Assembly: GCA_035546535.1 (NCBI GenBank)
Contig: DASZWQ010000087.1
Coordinates: forward strand, 26,189 to 90,188
DNA: 64,000 nt
Direction: 5' to 3'
Origin: Pirellulales bacterium
Lineage (GTDB): Bacteria; Planctomycetota; Planctomycetia; Pirellulales; JACPPG01
A program made the translations under genes and the position numbers. Positions within the stretch are counted from its first letter, which is position 1, and the number at the start of each line of letters is the position of its first letter. This document shows positions 28,056 through 38,241 of the stretch, one piece after another. A model generated the notes under the pieces. The model was given only the letters and a program-made list of their open reading frames with translations, did not search any database and was not told where the DNA came from.

Positions 28056-28076
28056 CCCCTCCCTGACAGGGAGGGG
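28056..28076. other. Perfect 9-bp GC hairpin (CCCCTCCCT-GAC-AGGGAGGGG) between the hydrolase and thioredoxin genes
   Basis: Read directly from the sequence. No T-tract follows on either strand, so it is not a canonical intrinsic terminator. Confidence 0.5.
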
Positions 28077-28096
28077 AGCCAAGGTTGGTTTCCCAA

Positions 28097-28960
28097 ATGG
28101 CTTCGACTTCGCCTTGGATCATTGACGTCACGGATGCGACCTTCGACCAAGAGGTTCTTGCGCGCTCCCAGGAGCTGCCGGTCGTCATCGACTTCTGGGC
28201 CCCCTGGTGCGGTCCTTGCCGGCAGTTGGGACCGCTTCTGGAGAAGCTGGCCGCCGAGGGAGCCGGCAAGTTCCTGCTGGCGAAGATCAATGTCGACCAG
28301 TCGCCTGGCATCGCGGGCGAAATGCGCGTCTCGTCGATCCCGGCCGTTTTCGCGGTGCGACGCGGGCAACTGGTGAATCAATTCGTGGGGCTGCTGCCGG
28401 AGCCCGATTTGCGGCGCTGGCTGGAAGCCCTGGAGCCGAGCCCCGCCGAGCGATCGCTGGCCGAAGCCGAGGCGCTCGAAGCCAACGATCCGGCCGCGGC
28501 CGAGGCGAAATTGCACGCAGCGCTGGAACAATCGCCGCAGAACCGGCCACTGCGAATTGCCCTGGCCCGGGTCCTGGCGGCGCAAGATCGGCTCGACGAC
28601 GCCGAAGAACAGATCAAGCACTTGGAGCGCGAAGGCTATTTGGAAAACGAGGCCGAGCAGATCAAAGCCCGCTGCCAGTTGCGGCAGGCAGCCCGGCTGG
28701 CCGGTGACGTGCCGACGGCACAAGCGGCGGTTGCCGCGGCGCCAAGCGATCCTCTGGCCCAGCTAAAACTGGCCTACGCGTTGGCGGGGGACGGCAAATA
28801 TGCGGAAGCCTTGCAGACGGCGCTTGTGGTCGTGCAGACGGATCGCAAGGGGCAAGGGGACGCGGCCCGGCAATTGATGGTTGATATCTTCCACGCGTTG
28901 GGCCCGGACGATCCGGTCGTCGGCGAGTATCGGCGCAAGCTGTCGTCCGCCTTGTACTAG
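28097..28960 (+). CDS. Thioredoxin domain protein with C-terminal TPR region (YbbN/CnoX-like)
   Basis: The WAPWCGPC active site is followed by TPR-like helices. ATG 28097 is preferred over TTG 28085. Confidence 0.85.
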   Translation: MASTSPWIIDVTDATFDQEVLARSQELPVVIDFWAPWCGPCRQLGPLLEKLAAEGAGKFLLAKINVDQSPGIAGEMRVSSIPAVFAVRRGQLVNQFVGLLPEPDLRRWLEALEPSPAERSLAEAEALEANDPAAAEAKLHAALEQSPQNRPLRIALARVLAAQDRLDDAEEQIKHLEREGYLENEAEQIKARCQLRQAARLAGDVPTAQAAVAAAPSDPLAQLKLAYALAGDGKYAEALQTALVVVQTDRKGQGDAARQLMVDIFHALGPDDPVVGEYRRKLSSALY

Positions 28961-29004
28961 CCCGGAATTTTTGACGTTTCACGCTCGCAAAGGAGTGTTT
29001 TTCG

Positions 29005-30006
29005 ATGGCCGGCGACACATGGTATTACGCGCAGGATGGTAGATCGGTCGGGCCGATGTCGTTCGAGGATTTGCTGAAGAAGCTGCCTGGCGTGGGCGGC
29101 GGCGAAGCTTTGGTGTACGGCCCGTCGACCACGGGCTGGCTCGAAGCTCGTCACATCCCGGCCATCGCCGACGTGCTGCGCGGCGCGGGCGCGCCGCCGG
29201 TGCCTCCCGCAGCGCGAAGCTCCGACGAGATCGACTACGAAATCTTCGGCCAGGAGATGCAGTACGTCGAAGTCACGCTCGACCCCGAGGAAGTCGTCAT
29301 CGCCGAACCGGGCGCCATGATGTACATGACTTCCGGTATTCAAATGGAAACCCTCTTCGGCGACCCGTCGAACAAAGGGGGCTTCTGGTCGAAGATGATG
29401 ACCGCCGGCAAACGGGCCCTGACCGGCGAGTCGCTCTTCATTACCGCCTTTGCCAATCATGCGCAGCAGCGCGAGCACGTCGCGTTCGCCGCGCCGTATC
29501 CGGGCAAGATCTTGCCACTGCACCTCGACCAGTTAGGGGGCGAGCTGATCTGCCAGAAAGAATCGTTCATCTGCGCGGCGCGTGGCATTCAGATCAACAT
29601 CGCGTTTCAAAAGCGCTTCGGCGTGGGCCTCTTCGGTGGCGAAGGTTTTATCATGCAGCGGCTTCAAGGCGACGGCATCGCCATGGTACACGCCGGCGGC
29701 ACGCTGATGCGGCGCACGTTGACCGCTGGTGAAAAGCTGCGCGTCGACACCGGCTGCCTGGTGGCCCTGGCGCCGAGCGTCGATTACGACATTCAGTTCG
29801 TTGGCGGCATCAAGAACACGCTCTTCGGCGGCGAGGGCTTGTTTTTCGTAACACTCACGGGACCAGGCGACATCTGGCTGCAATCGCTCCCCTTCTCGCG
29901 CCTGGCCGGCCGCGTTTTGGCCGCGGCGCCCGAGCGCGGCGGCGGCCGGGACGAAGGCTCGGTCCTTGGTGGCCTGGGACGGCTCTTGGACGGCGATAAC
30001 CGTTAA
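29005..30006 (+). CDS. GYF_2 domain + AIM24/TIGR00266 family protein
   Basis: AAGGAG lies upstream of the ATG. The N-terminal [22 protein letters not shown] is GYF-like. The rest resembles the AIM24/DUF124 beta-rich fold (EPGAMMYM...[13 protein letters not shown]...[19 protein letters not shown]). Confidence 0.78.
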   Translation: MAGDTWYYAQDGRSVGPMSFEDLLKKLPGVGGGEALVYGPSTTGWLEARHIPAIADVLRGAGAPPVPPAARSSDEIDYEIFGQEMQYVEVTLDPEEVVIAEPGAMMYMTSGIQMETLFGDPSNKGGFWSKMMTAGKRALTGESLFITAFANHAQQREHVAFAAPYPGKILPLHLDQLGGELICQKESFICAARGIQINIAFQKRFGVGLFGGEGFIMQRLQGDGIAMVHAGGTLMRRTLTAGEKLRVDTGCLVALAPSVDYDIQFVGGIKNTLFGGEGLFFVTLTGPGDIWLQSLPFSRLAGRVLAAAPERGGGRDEGSVLGGLGRLLDGDNR

Positions 30007-30434
30007 ACCACGGGAAAACGCCTGATTTGTGCGCCGGATACTCTGGCCGCGGCCGGCGCCGGCCAGCGGCGCCAATTGCAGGTAATTTGGGCCAAAGCTA
30101 GAATTCATCGACCGCGAATAGGGAAGGGTTCTCGCGGCAAACGCCCCACCCGGCCGCAGCCGGCGAAAACAAGGACGATTTTCAAGCGTCATCGCCCGCC
30201 ACGAGCCGTGCCTCGGGGGCGACGTAAATTTCCCCAGGGCATCCAGCCATGTAGCAATCGATTCGATGCGGCGGCCAGTCGGCGGCGAGAGTGATTCTCC
30301 TGCTTGGCTCCCGGGTTCCTTCGGCGCGGCAGGACGTCCGAAGCCCCCCGAGCGACACGCCATCGGTTCGACGTGCTTCTTTTTGCGCTCGAGGTCGCTG
30401 CGTTGCCCTGTTGCACGCGCGCCATAAACGACGA

Positions 30435-32684
30435 ATGAACGACAGTTCAGCAAACAATCCGGCGGCGACTCCTGGGTCCCCGGCAGGTTCGTCCGCGGAG
30501 GGGACCGCCGAATCGAATAACGCCAGTCCGAATAGCGGCGTTCCAAGCAGTGCCGCTTCGAACGGCAGCGTTAAGGACCTGGCCGCCCAGGCCGTCGCGG
30601 CGGAAGAAGCCACGCCCCCCTTGCCCGAAGGGAACGAGACGATCTCCGAACCCGAGCGCGAGGGACCGATCGTCACGACCATTGGCGCCCCGACCGGCGA
30701 AACGGTCGTGCAGAAGATTCCCGAGAAGGTCAAAACCCTGTTGGTCGGCAAGCCGCGCGACCTGGCCGACCAATCGGTCTTTCACCACGTGTCGCTGGTG
30801 GCGTTCTTGGCCTGGGTGGGATTGGGAGCGGACGGACTCTCCAGCTCTTGTTACGGCCCGCCCGAGGCGTTCGCCACGCTCGGCGAGCACGCGTTCCTGG
30901 CGATTTTCCTGTCGCTGATGACGATCCTTACCGTGTTCGTCATCTCGGCCTGCTATCGGCATATCATCGAGGAATTCCCCAGCGGCGGTGGCGGCTATCT
31001 GGTCGCCTCGAAGCTGCTCGGACCGCGCGTGGGGGTCGTGTCGGGCTGTGCCCTACTGGTCGACTACGTGCTGACGGTCACCACGTCGATCGCGGCGGCG
31101 GGGAATGCGCTCTTCGGTATCGAGCCCTTCAATCATTTTCACAGTTGGAAGGTCGAGACCGAACTGGCCGCGATCATCCTGCTGATCGTGCTCAACCTGC
31201 GCGGCATCAAGGAATCGGTGAAGTTCCTGCTGCCGATTTTCATCGTCTTTCTCATCACCCACGCGCTCTTGATCTTTGGCAGCCTGGGGTTGCACGTCGG
31301 CAGCAGTGTGACGGTGGTCAACGATATTGCTGCTGAGGTGAAATCGAACATGAGCGGCGGGCTGGGCCTGATGGGCATGATCGCCCTGTTGCTCAAGGCC
31401 TACACGATGGGGGCCGGTACTTACACCGGAATCGAAGCGGTTTCCAATAGCATGCCTGTCATGCGCGAGCCGCGCGTCGCCACCGCCAAGCGCACCATGA
31501 CCTACATGGCGTTTTCGCTGGCCATTACGGCCGGTGGACTGATGATCGCTTACCTGCTCCTGGGTGTCACCCACAGCGAAGATCGCACCATGAATCAGAT
31601 TCTGTGCGAGCGCTTCGTGGCTGACCTCGGGCTGGGCGAAGGGATTTCGGGTTCGACCTTCGTGTGGGTAACGATCCTGGCCGAAGCGCTCTTGTTGTTC
31701 GTGGCCGCCCAGGCCGGCTTTATCGACGGGCCACGCGTGTTGGCCAACATGGCCCACGATTCCTGGATGCCCCATTGGTTCGCCAACCTCTCTGAGCGGC
31801 TGGCCACGCACAACGGCGTGATGCTGATGGGTTTTGCCGCAATCGCAGCGCTTTTGTACACCGGCGGCGACGTCACCACGCTCTTGATCATGTACTCGAT
31901 CAACGTCTTCTTGACGTTCTCGCTGTCGATGATCGGCATGGTCCGCCATTGGTGGCAGCTGCGCAACGAGCATCCGTGGTGGCGGCGCCGCCTGGCTTTG
32001 TTTCTTTTCGGCGCCGTGATGTGCGTGTCGATCTTGTGCCTGACTATCGTCGAAAAGTTCGACGTCGGCGGCTGGCGAACGCTGGGCGTGACGGGCTTGC
32101 TCGTGGGCCTGTGCTTCTGGACCCGCAATCACTACGACACCGTGATCGCCAAGGTCCGTCGGCTGGACGAAACGCTCGGCCAGCTTTCCGCCCCGCCGAA
32201 CGCCACGGCCGGCGAGGTCGATCCGAAGCTGCCCACGGCTGTGATCCTGGTCGGCGGCTACAGCGGCCTGGGCGTACACACGCTCTTGAACGCCGTGCGC
32301 TTCGCCCCCGGCCATTTCAAGAACATGGTGTTCATCTCCGTGGCGGTGGTCGACTCGGGCAATTTCAAGGGTGCCGCGGCGCTTGAGGATCTGCGCCAGC
32401 ATACCGAGGAATCGCTCGCCAAGTACGTCGACCTGGCGCGCCGGCTGGGTATGCCAGCCACGAGCTACATGACCATCGGCACCGAGCCGGTGCACGAGCT
32501 CGAACTGCTCTGCCTGTCGATTGCCAAGCAGTATCCGAAGGTGGTTTTCTTCGCAGGCCAATTGCTGTTCGAGCAAGACACCTGGTACCACCGCCTGCTG
32601 CACAACCAGACCGCCTTCTCGTTGCAGCGGCGGCTGCAGTGGGTCGGTCTGCCGATGGTGATCCTGCCGACCCGCGTACGCTAG
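30435..32684 (+). CDS. APC-superfamily permease with a large C-terminal cytoplasmic domain
   Basis: About 749 aa from ATG 30435. A low-complexity N-terminus is followed by about 12 TM segments (FPSGGGGYLVASKLLGP) and a roughly 220-aa soluble C-terminus. Confidence 0.78.
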   Translation: MNDSSANNPAATPGSPAGSSAEGTAESNNASPNSGVPSSAASNGSVKDLAAQAVAAEEATPPLPEGNETISEPEREGPIVTTIGAPTGETVVQKIPEKVKTLLVGKPRDLADQSVFHHVSLVAFLAWVGLGADGLSSSCYGPPEAFATLGEHAFLAIFLSLMTILTVFVISACYRHIIEEFPSGGGGYLVASKLLGPRVGVVSGCALLVDYVLTVTTSIAAAGNALFGIEPFNHFHSWKVETELAAIILLIVLNLRGIKESVKFLLPIFIVFLITHALLIFGSLGLHVGSSVTVVNDIAAEVKSNMSGGLGLMGMIALLLKAYTMGAGTYTGIEAVSNSMPVMREPRVATAKRTMTYMAFSLAITAGGLMIAYLLLGVTHSEDRTMNQILCERFVADLGLGEGISGSTFVWVTILAEALLLFVAAQAGFIDGPRVLANMAHDSWMPHWFANLSERLATHNGVMLMGFAAIAALLYTGGDVTTLLIMYSINVFLTFSLSMIGMVRHWWQLRNEHPWWRRRLALFLFGAVMCVSILCLTIVEKFDVGGWRTLGVTGLLVGLCFWTRNHYDTVIAKVRRLDETLGQLSAPPNATAGEVDPKLPTAVILVGGYSGLGVHTLLNAVRFAPGHFKNMVFISVAVVDSGNFKGAAALEDLRQHTEESLAKYVDLARRLGMPATSYMTIGTEPVHELELLCLSIAKQYPKVVFFAGQLLFEQDTWYHRLLHNQTAFSLQRRLQWVGLPMVILPTRVR

Positions 32685-32937
32685 AGACGCTCGACGCGTG
32701 CCCGGGCCGGGTCTACCGTTTTTGAAAGGCGTCCCGTCCTCTCGCGCGGGCGGCCTCCCAGGGCAAATACCCCGGGGCTGAGGGTTTGACGTGTCGGCCA
32801 CCCCCATTGCCTCTTTGCCTGCCTCATGGTACCTACACGGCTCGGCAGTTAACGGCGGCACAAGCCTGACAACCGACACTTGCCGCACGGTTATCAGCGA
32901 CAGATTTACGGCCGACCGGCGACGACCGATCTCGTGG

Positions 32938-32965
32938 CTGACAGGGGGAGTTGGCGGACTATACT
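32938..32965 (+). promoter_or_regulatory. Possible sigma-70-like promoter (CTGACA-N16-TATACT)
   Basis: The hexamers match the consensus at 5/6 and 5/6 with a 16-nt spacer, in a 460-nt non-coding gap. Planctomycete promoter rules are poorly known. Confidence 0.25.
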
Positions 32966-33146
32966 AGTGCTCTGTGAGACCTGAACGTTCGTAGGGAACG
33001 CGTGTGCCAGAGCATGAGGAATTTGCTCGCCGCGGGTCGACTTGCGTCTCCGCCGGTCGTGCCGCGCGGGGCCCCGCTCCTGCCTGCGATGCAGAACGAG
33101 GGGGGGATGGCCGGTGGTTGCCGAAGTCCGAGTGGGAAGAGGGCCG

Positions 33147-33329
33147 ATGCCCAGAGCCTTGAGTATCAGCGGAATCGTCGTCGCGATCCTGCTCATCCTG
33201 GTGTTCGGCCTGGACGTGGCGCTCGGGTTCCCGTTCGGTGGGGCGAGCAAGACCATGGATATCGGGTTCTGTATCGCCGCGCTGCTCTTGGGGTACCTGA
33301 GCTGGTCGACGCTGCGCGAGCTGCCGTAG
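33147..33329 (+). CDS. Possible small membrane protein (60 aa, 2 TM)
   Basis: MPRALSISGIVVAILLILVFGLDVALGF...IGFCIAALLLGYLSW, with GGGAAGAGGG upstream. No homology recognised. Confidence 0.35.
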   Translation: MPRALSISGIVVAILLILVFGLDVALGFPFGGASKTMDIGFCIAALLLGYLSWSTLRELP

Positions 33330-33422
33330 CGGCGCCCCGGCTGAACCGCTCTCGGACGTAATGCCCTTCATGCTTATTCGCCGGCGGCGAAAAAGCATGC
33401 CACGCTTCCCGGCATGGCACGG

Positions 33423-34223
33423 CTACGCGGCCCGGCGACGCAGAATCGAGCAAGCCGGCGCGGCCACGCGTTGCCAGGTCAGGCCGGCGGCGGCCCCGGC
33501 AAGCGTTTCGCTGCGCAGGCGCCCCTGGTCGGCATAGGACGCAATTTGCCGCACGACCGAGCGGGCGTCGTCCATGAGACGCGAGTGCTGGCTCGCAGCC
33601 TCGGCCAGGTCGACGTGCAGGTGAACCATGTCGCCGGCGCCCACGGCGCGATCGACGGCCTGCCGGAGGCGCCGCACCCCGTCTCGCGCCAAATCCAGCG
33701 CTTGCGGCATGCGCCACAATCCCCAGCGCAGCTTTTGCGGAATTTCGCTCGCCCGGGCCGACAGCGGCAATAACCACCGGCTGCGCCGCCACAGGCCACG
33801 TGACGTGGCCACCTCGGTTTGCAGGCCGGATTCGGCAATGTGAATCGCCGCGATTCCGTATTTCACCAGCAGCTGATACATGTCGCCCGACAAGCTCCGC
33901 GGTACGAGCGCGCTGGCCACGCTCAGGCCCGCGGCGCGCGATCGCAGCGCTTCGCGCCGCAACTGCTCGACGATTCGCGGAGAGTCATCGGCCGCGAGCG
34001 AGATCGCCAGCGCCTGCCGCGGATGTTGCTCATCGATCGCGCCGGCCCCTTTGAAGTCGACCGGAGAGCGCGTACCCCAGGTCGCGGCCACATCATGCTC
34101 GACGAGAAACTGCAGCATCGATTCGGCGGCCGCCGTGACGGCTTGCATCGAACCGGCCTCGCCGGATCGCGCGTCGGCCGACAGGGAGAACAGCACCACG
34201 GCAGGAGACGGACTGACTCGCAT
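33423..34223 (-). CDS. Hypothetical protein
   Basis: 267 aa from ATG 34223, with GAGGGTG upstream. The longer ORF to 34589 would overlap the cobA-hemD 3' end. No family recognised. Confidence 0.5.
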   Translation of the reverse strand: MRVSPSPAVVLFSLSADARSGEAGSMQAVTAAAESMLQFLVEHDVAATWGTRSPVDFKGAGAIDEQHPRQALAISLAADDSPRIVEQLRREALRSRAAGLSVASALVPRSLSGDMYQLLVKYGIAAIHIAESGLQTEVATSRGLWRRSRWLLPLSARASEIPQKLRWGLWRMPQALDLARDGVRRLRQAVDRAVGAGDMVHLHVDLAEAASQHSRLMDDARSVVRQIASYADQGRLRSETLAGAAAGLTWQRVAAPACSILRRRAA

Positions 34224-34422
34224 GACAACACCCTCACGTTTCCGACGGACAAACCGCGCCCCGGCTAGACATTCGTCGGCTGTGCCAGCACGTCCACTCG
34301 AAGGAATGTAACGGGCGTACGGGGCGAGAAACGGCGCCCAGTTTTTCGCGTTCGGGCACGCTAGCGAATGGCGCGACTGTAGGGGCATGTGCGTGGCGGC
34401 GCGGCCGGCATGTTCCGAAAAG

Positions 34423-35928
34423 TCAGCCGGCAAGAATCGCGTCAACGAGCCCAGACGTCGTATACACCGCGGCTTCCGCCGCGACCTGATAGCCCAATTC
34501 TCGCAACGTCTGGCTCGTGACAGGGCTGATACTCGCCAAACGTGCCCGATGCAAATTCTGCCCGAACAAAGCCGCCAAGGATCGGGCAATGGCCGAACTG
34601 GTGACGGTCACCCACGGGCGACTGCCGGTCCCCAAGGCTGCCGCGACTGCGGGATCGGCTGTTGTCACGTCGCGGCTCTCGTAAACGACAACTTGCTCGA
34701 CCGTGGCCCCGGCCTGTCGTAATTCCTCGGCCAACAGCTCCCGACCGCGGCTGGCCCGGGCGAGCAACACACGTCGTCCGGCAACTTTTTCGGCGAGCGC
34801 GGCCGCCAGCCCTTCGGCCCGGTACTCGCCAGGAACCAGCTCAGCCCGCAGCCGATAGCGGGCCAGCTCTTCGGCCGTGGCTGGTCCAATGGCCGCGAGT
34901 TTTACGCCGGCCAGCCGTCGCGCGTCGTCGCGCTCGAGCAATCGATCGAGCAGATAACGAACACCGTTGGCGCTAGAAAAGACCAGCCAATCAAACTCAG
35001 ATAGCCGCGCAAGCGCCGCGTCGACGGTTCCCCAATTCGTCAGCGGACGAATCTCGATCGCCGGTTGAACGAGCACATCGGCGCCCAACTCGCTGAGCCG
35101 CGCACAGAGGTCATCCGCTTGCGCGCGCGGCCGGGTCACGATCGCGCGCTCGCCAAACAGCGGCCGCGCCGTGAACCAATCGGAAAGCGGCTCGGTTCCC
35201 GCCACATCGCCCACAATGGTAATCACGGGCGGCCGTAACTTCCGCTGGTGAAACTCGCGCGCGACAGTGCCCAGCGTCGTGCGCAGGGTCGTCTGATCGG
35301 GCCAGGTGCAGCGACGAATCACGGCCACGGGCGTGGCAGCGTCGAGCCCTCCGGCCATCAGGCCGGCGGACCAATGATCGACGGTGGTAACGCCCATGTA
35401 AAACACGAGCGTGCCAGGAAATCTCGCCAGCGCGGCATAATCGACCGCCGATTCCTTGCCGGTCTCCTCATGCCCCGTGACCAGCGCCACGGCCGAGGAT
35501 AATTGTCGTCCGGTGACGGGCACGCCGGCGTAAGCACCGGCCGCCAGCGCCGTGGTGACGCCGGGCACGATTTCGAACGGCACGCCGGCAGCGGCCAAGG
35601 CGCTGCATTCTTCGGTGGCGCGCGCGAAAACCAGTGGATCGCCCGCCTTCAGCCGCACGACGCTCCGTCCCGCGCGGGCGGCCGTGATCATGCGCTCGTT
35701 CACCTCCTGTTGCGACATGATCCGCCCGCCCCCATGCCGCCCGAGACAGACCAGCTCGGAGCGCGGCGACGCGTGCGAGAGTACTTGGGGATTGACCAGA
35801 TAGTCGTAGAGGACCAAATCGGCCCGCCCCAACAAACTCGCTCCGCGCACGGTCAACAGCCCCGGATCGCCCGGCCCGGCCCCGACCAGAAACACCCGGG
35901 CTGGCGTGTGCTGAGGCGTCGACGGCAT
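34423..35928 (-). CDS. cobA: Bifunctional uroporphyrinogen-III C-methyltransferase / uroporphyrinogen-III synthase (CobA-HemD fusion)
   Basis: From ATG 35928: VFLVGAGPGDPGLLTVRG...ADLVLYD is SUMT-like. The C-terminal half is HemD-like (WLVFSSANGV...WVTVTSSAIA). Confidence 0.88.
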   Translation of the reverse strand: MPSTPQHTPARVFLVGAGPGDPGLLTVRGASLLGRADLVLYDYLVNPQVLSHASPRSELVCLGRHGGGRIMSQQEVNERMITAARAGRSVVRLKAGDPLVFARATEECSALAAAGVPFEIVPGVTTALAAGAYAGVPVTGRQLSSAVALVTGHEETGKESAVDYAALARFPGTLVFYMGVTTVDHWSAGLMAGGLDAATPVAVIRRCTWPDQTTLRTTLGTVAREFHQRKLRPPVITIVGDVAGTEPLSDWFTARPLFGERAIVTRPRAQADDLCARLSELGADVLVQPAIEIRPLTNWGTVDAALARLSEFDWLVFSSANGVRYLLDRLLERDDARRLAGVKLAAIGPATAEELARYRLRAELVPGEYRAEGLAAALAEKVAGRRVLLARASRGRELLAEELRQAGATVEQVVVYESRDVTTADPAVAAALGTGSRPWVTVTSSAIARSLAALFGQNLHRARLASISPVTSQTLRELGYQVAAEAAVYTTSGLVDAILAG

Positions 35929-36227
35929 AAGAACGCTCGTTTGTGTGCGGGGGGCATGCTGGTAGAATGGAAGATCGGCGATTTGGGCACCGGGGATGTC
36001 CTGCGGGCTCGCTCGCCGCCAGGGCTGCCCTGCGGCAAGCCGGCTCTCACTTTTATCGATCTTAGGGACTGGCCGCACGGCCTCCCAGTAGTGGCGGGCC
36101 GGATTTTGTACTGCACGACGCATCGGCTTGCGGCGTGCCGCCGCGCGGCCCGACCGAGAGAGGTTGTCCCCGAGTCGAAAGTTCGTCTTGCCCTTGTTTC
36201 CACTGCGGTTTGCAAACCTCCGAGCCT

Positions 36228-37664
36228 ATGGCCGAACAGCCCCCCAAACCTCCATCGAACGACGGCCCGCAGCCGATTTCTCCGCAAACGCGCAAGCGCT
36301 TGCAGCTGTGCTTTGAAACGGGGAGCAAAAGCTCGTCCGGCGGCAATTACGATTATGCCACCGAGATGTTCACCATGTGCGTCAAGGGGGATCCGGGCAA
36401 CCTGATCTACGTACAGAACTTTCTCGGCAACCTGCAGAAGAAATACAACAACAACAAGAAGGGAGCCGGGAAGCTCGCCGCGCTGGGCATCACTACGGCC
36501 AAAGGCGCGATCGCCAAGTCACGCGTGCAAAAAGATTGGAAGGGCGTCATTGCCTCCGGCCTGGAGATCCTCAAGGTCAATCCTTGGGACCTCTCTGCGC
36601 TCAAGGACATGGCCAACGCCTGTGAGCAATTGCAGCTCGATGAAGCGCAGCTCGCCTATCTCAAGTTGGCGTTGGATGTCGACATCGCCGATCCTGAAAT
36701 CAACCGCTTGAATGCCCGCGCGCTGGGCCGACTCGGGCGGTTCGACCAGGCCATCCTCTGCTGGAGCCGCGTGCAAAAGGCGATTCCCCGCGACGAAGAG
36801 GCGGCCCGCGCGATCCCCAACTTGACCGTCGAAAAGACGATTCACCGCGGCGGCTACGAAGATGCCGAGTCCAGCACCGAGGTGATGGCCGACAAGGACG
36901 CCCAGTCCGATCGCCAGGGCACGAGCGGCCCGAAGCTGACGCCGGAGCAGCAACTCGAAAAGGCGATCGCCAAGAATCCCGAGAAGGTCGACAACTATTC
37001 CGAGCTGGCCGACCTGCACCTGCGGCACGATCGCTTGGAGGAGGCCGAAAAATGGCTGGCCAAGGCGCTGCAAGTCTCGGGGGGTGAAATCACGATCCGC
37101 GAACGGCTGGAAGACATCCAGATGCGGCGGGCACGCCGCGACCTGGAGATCGCCCAGAAGCGCGCGCAAACTGAAAAGACTCAGGAAGCAGTCGAGCTGT
37201 GGAAGCAGATGGCCGAGGCCTTGAACCGCACCGAGCTGGAAGTGTATCGCAGCCGCTCGGACCGCTACCCGGACAACGCCAGCTTGAAATTCGAGCTGGC
37301 CTTGCGCCTGCAACGGGCCAAGAACTACGCCGAGGCCATCAAGGTTTATCAACAGTCGATGGCCGACACCAAGCGCAAGGCGGCGATCCACCTCGGTCTC
37401 GGCGAGTGCTTTCAAGGAATCAAGCAGTTCAAGCTGGCGGCCAGCAATTTCGACCAGGCGGTCGCCGCGACCAACGATCGCGAGCCGGAGCAAAAGAAGG
37501 TCGCCCTGTATCGCGCCGGCAAATTGGCCCTGTTCATGAAGAACCTGGAAGTGGCCGACAAATACCTGACCGAGCTGGCCGGGCTCGATTTCGGCTACAA
37601 AGATGTCGGCGACCTGCTGGACAAACTGAACCAATTAAGAGAAGATGGCGGGTCCTCGGGCTAG
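36228..37664 (+). CDS. Tetratricopeptide repeat protein
   Basis: 478 aa from ATG 36228, with repeated A/L/Y-rich helical pairs (YAEAIKVYQQSM..., LGECFQGIKQFKLAASNFDQAV). Confidence 0.72.
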   Translation: MAEQPPKPPSNDGPQPISPQTRKRLQLCFETGSKSSSGGNYDYATEMFTMCVKGDPGNLIYVQNFLGNLQKKYNNNKKGAGKLAALGITTAKGAIAKSRVQKDWKGVIASGLEILKVNPWDLSALKDMANACEQLQLDEAQLAYLKLALDVDIADPEINRLNARALGRLGRFDQAILCWSRVQKAIPRDEEAARAIPNLTVEKTIHRGGYEDAESSTEVMADKDAQSDRQGTSGPKLTPEQQLEKAIAKNPEKVDNYSELADLHLRHDRLEEAEKWLAKALQVSGGEITIRERLEDIQMRRARRDLEIAQKRAQTEKTQEAVELWKQMAEALNRTELEVYRSRSDRYPDNASLKFELALRLQRAKNYAEAIKVYQQSMADTKRKAAIHLGLGECFQGIKQFKLAASNFDQAVAATNDREPEQKKVALYRAGKLALFMKNLEVADKYLTELAGLDFGYKDVGDLLDKLNQLREDGGSSG

Positions 37665-37743
37665 CCGCCGCGGGTAAGTTCGCGGCCTGGCGGCTGGAAC
37701 CTGCTGGCCGCAAATCCTTGTTTTTCTGGGCCTGATTCTCCGT

Positions 37744-38055
37744 ATGCCGACAACCAATAGTGCCAAGAAGCGTCTTCGCCAGAACGTCGTCCGCCGGGCG
37801 CGCAATCGTGCCACGCGCAGCTTGTTGAAAACCGAGGTTCGCAAGGTGCGCGAAGCCGTGGCCGAGGCCGACGCGGAGAAGGCCGGCGCGGCACTGCGGG
37901 AAGCCGCCAAGAAACTCGACAAGGCCGCGGCGCGTGGCGTCATTCACGGCAATGCGGCGGCCCGCATCAAGTCGCGTCTGTCGCTGGCCGTAAAGAACGC
38001 CAAGGGAGCCACGCCCACCAAGGCGGCCAAGAAGCCCAAGGCGAAAAAGGCCTAA
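37744..38055 (+). CDS. rpsT: 30S ribosomal protein S20
   Basis: MPTTNSAKKRLRQNVVRRARNRATRS...IHGNAAARIKSRL, with a Lys/Ala-rich tail. Confidence 0.92.
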   Translation: MPTTNSAKKRLRQNVVRRARNRATRSLLKTEVRKVREAVAEADAEKAGAALREAAKKLDKAAARGVIHGNAAARIKSRLSLAVKNAKGATPTKAAKKPKAKKA

Positions 38056-38241
38056 GCCCCTCAGACTCAACGGCACGACCCGCTCATTCGCGACATTCGC
38101 TCCCTGCCCGCGTTTGATCCCTTTCCAGGGCAGCCGCGTCCTCGCGCGCCGGTTTGCATTTCCTGTCCGGCGCGGCCATGATCGAGCGAGAGGTGCCGCG
38201 CCGCCGTTTCACGGGCACCCTTGTTCTTCTGGGTATTGGCC

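Noticed and set aside
30007-30434. A 430-nt non-coding gap upstream of the APC permease, examined for a riboswitch or small gene (the ORF at 30076-30294 gives a basic 72-aa product).
   Set aside because: I could recognise no riboswitch core (glycine, TPP, cobalamin, c-di-GMP). The small ORF is Arg/Pro/Lys-rich with no start context. A covariance-model scan (Rfam/Infernal) would be needed.
33465-33505. CCAGGTCAGGCCGG, reminiscent of the conserved SRP (4.5S) RNA domain IV 5' strand.
   Set aside because: The GGAAGGAAGCAGCC continuation and the symmetric loop partner are absent. The site also lies inside a coding frame (33423-34223).
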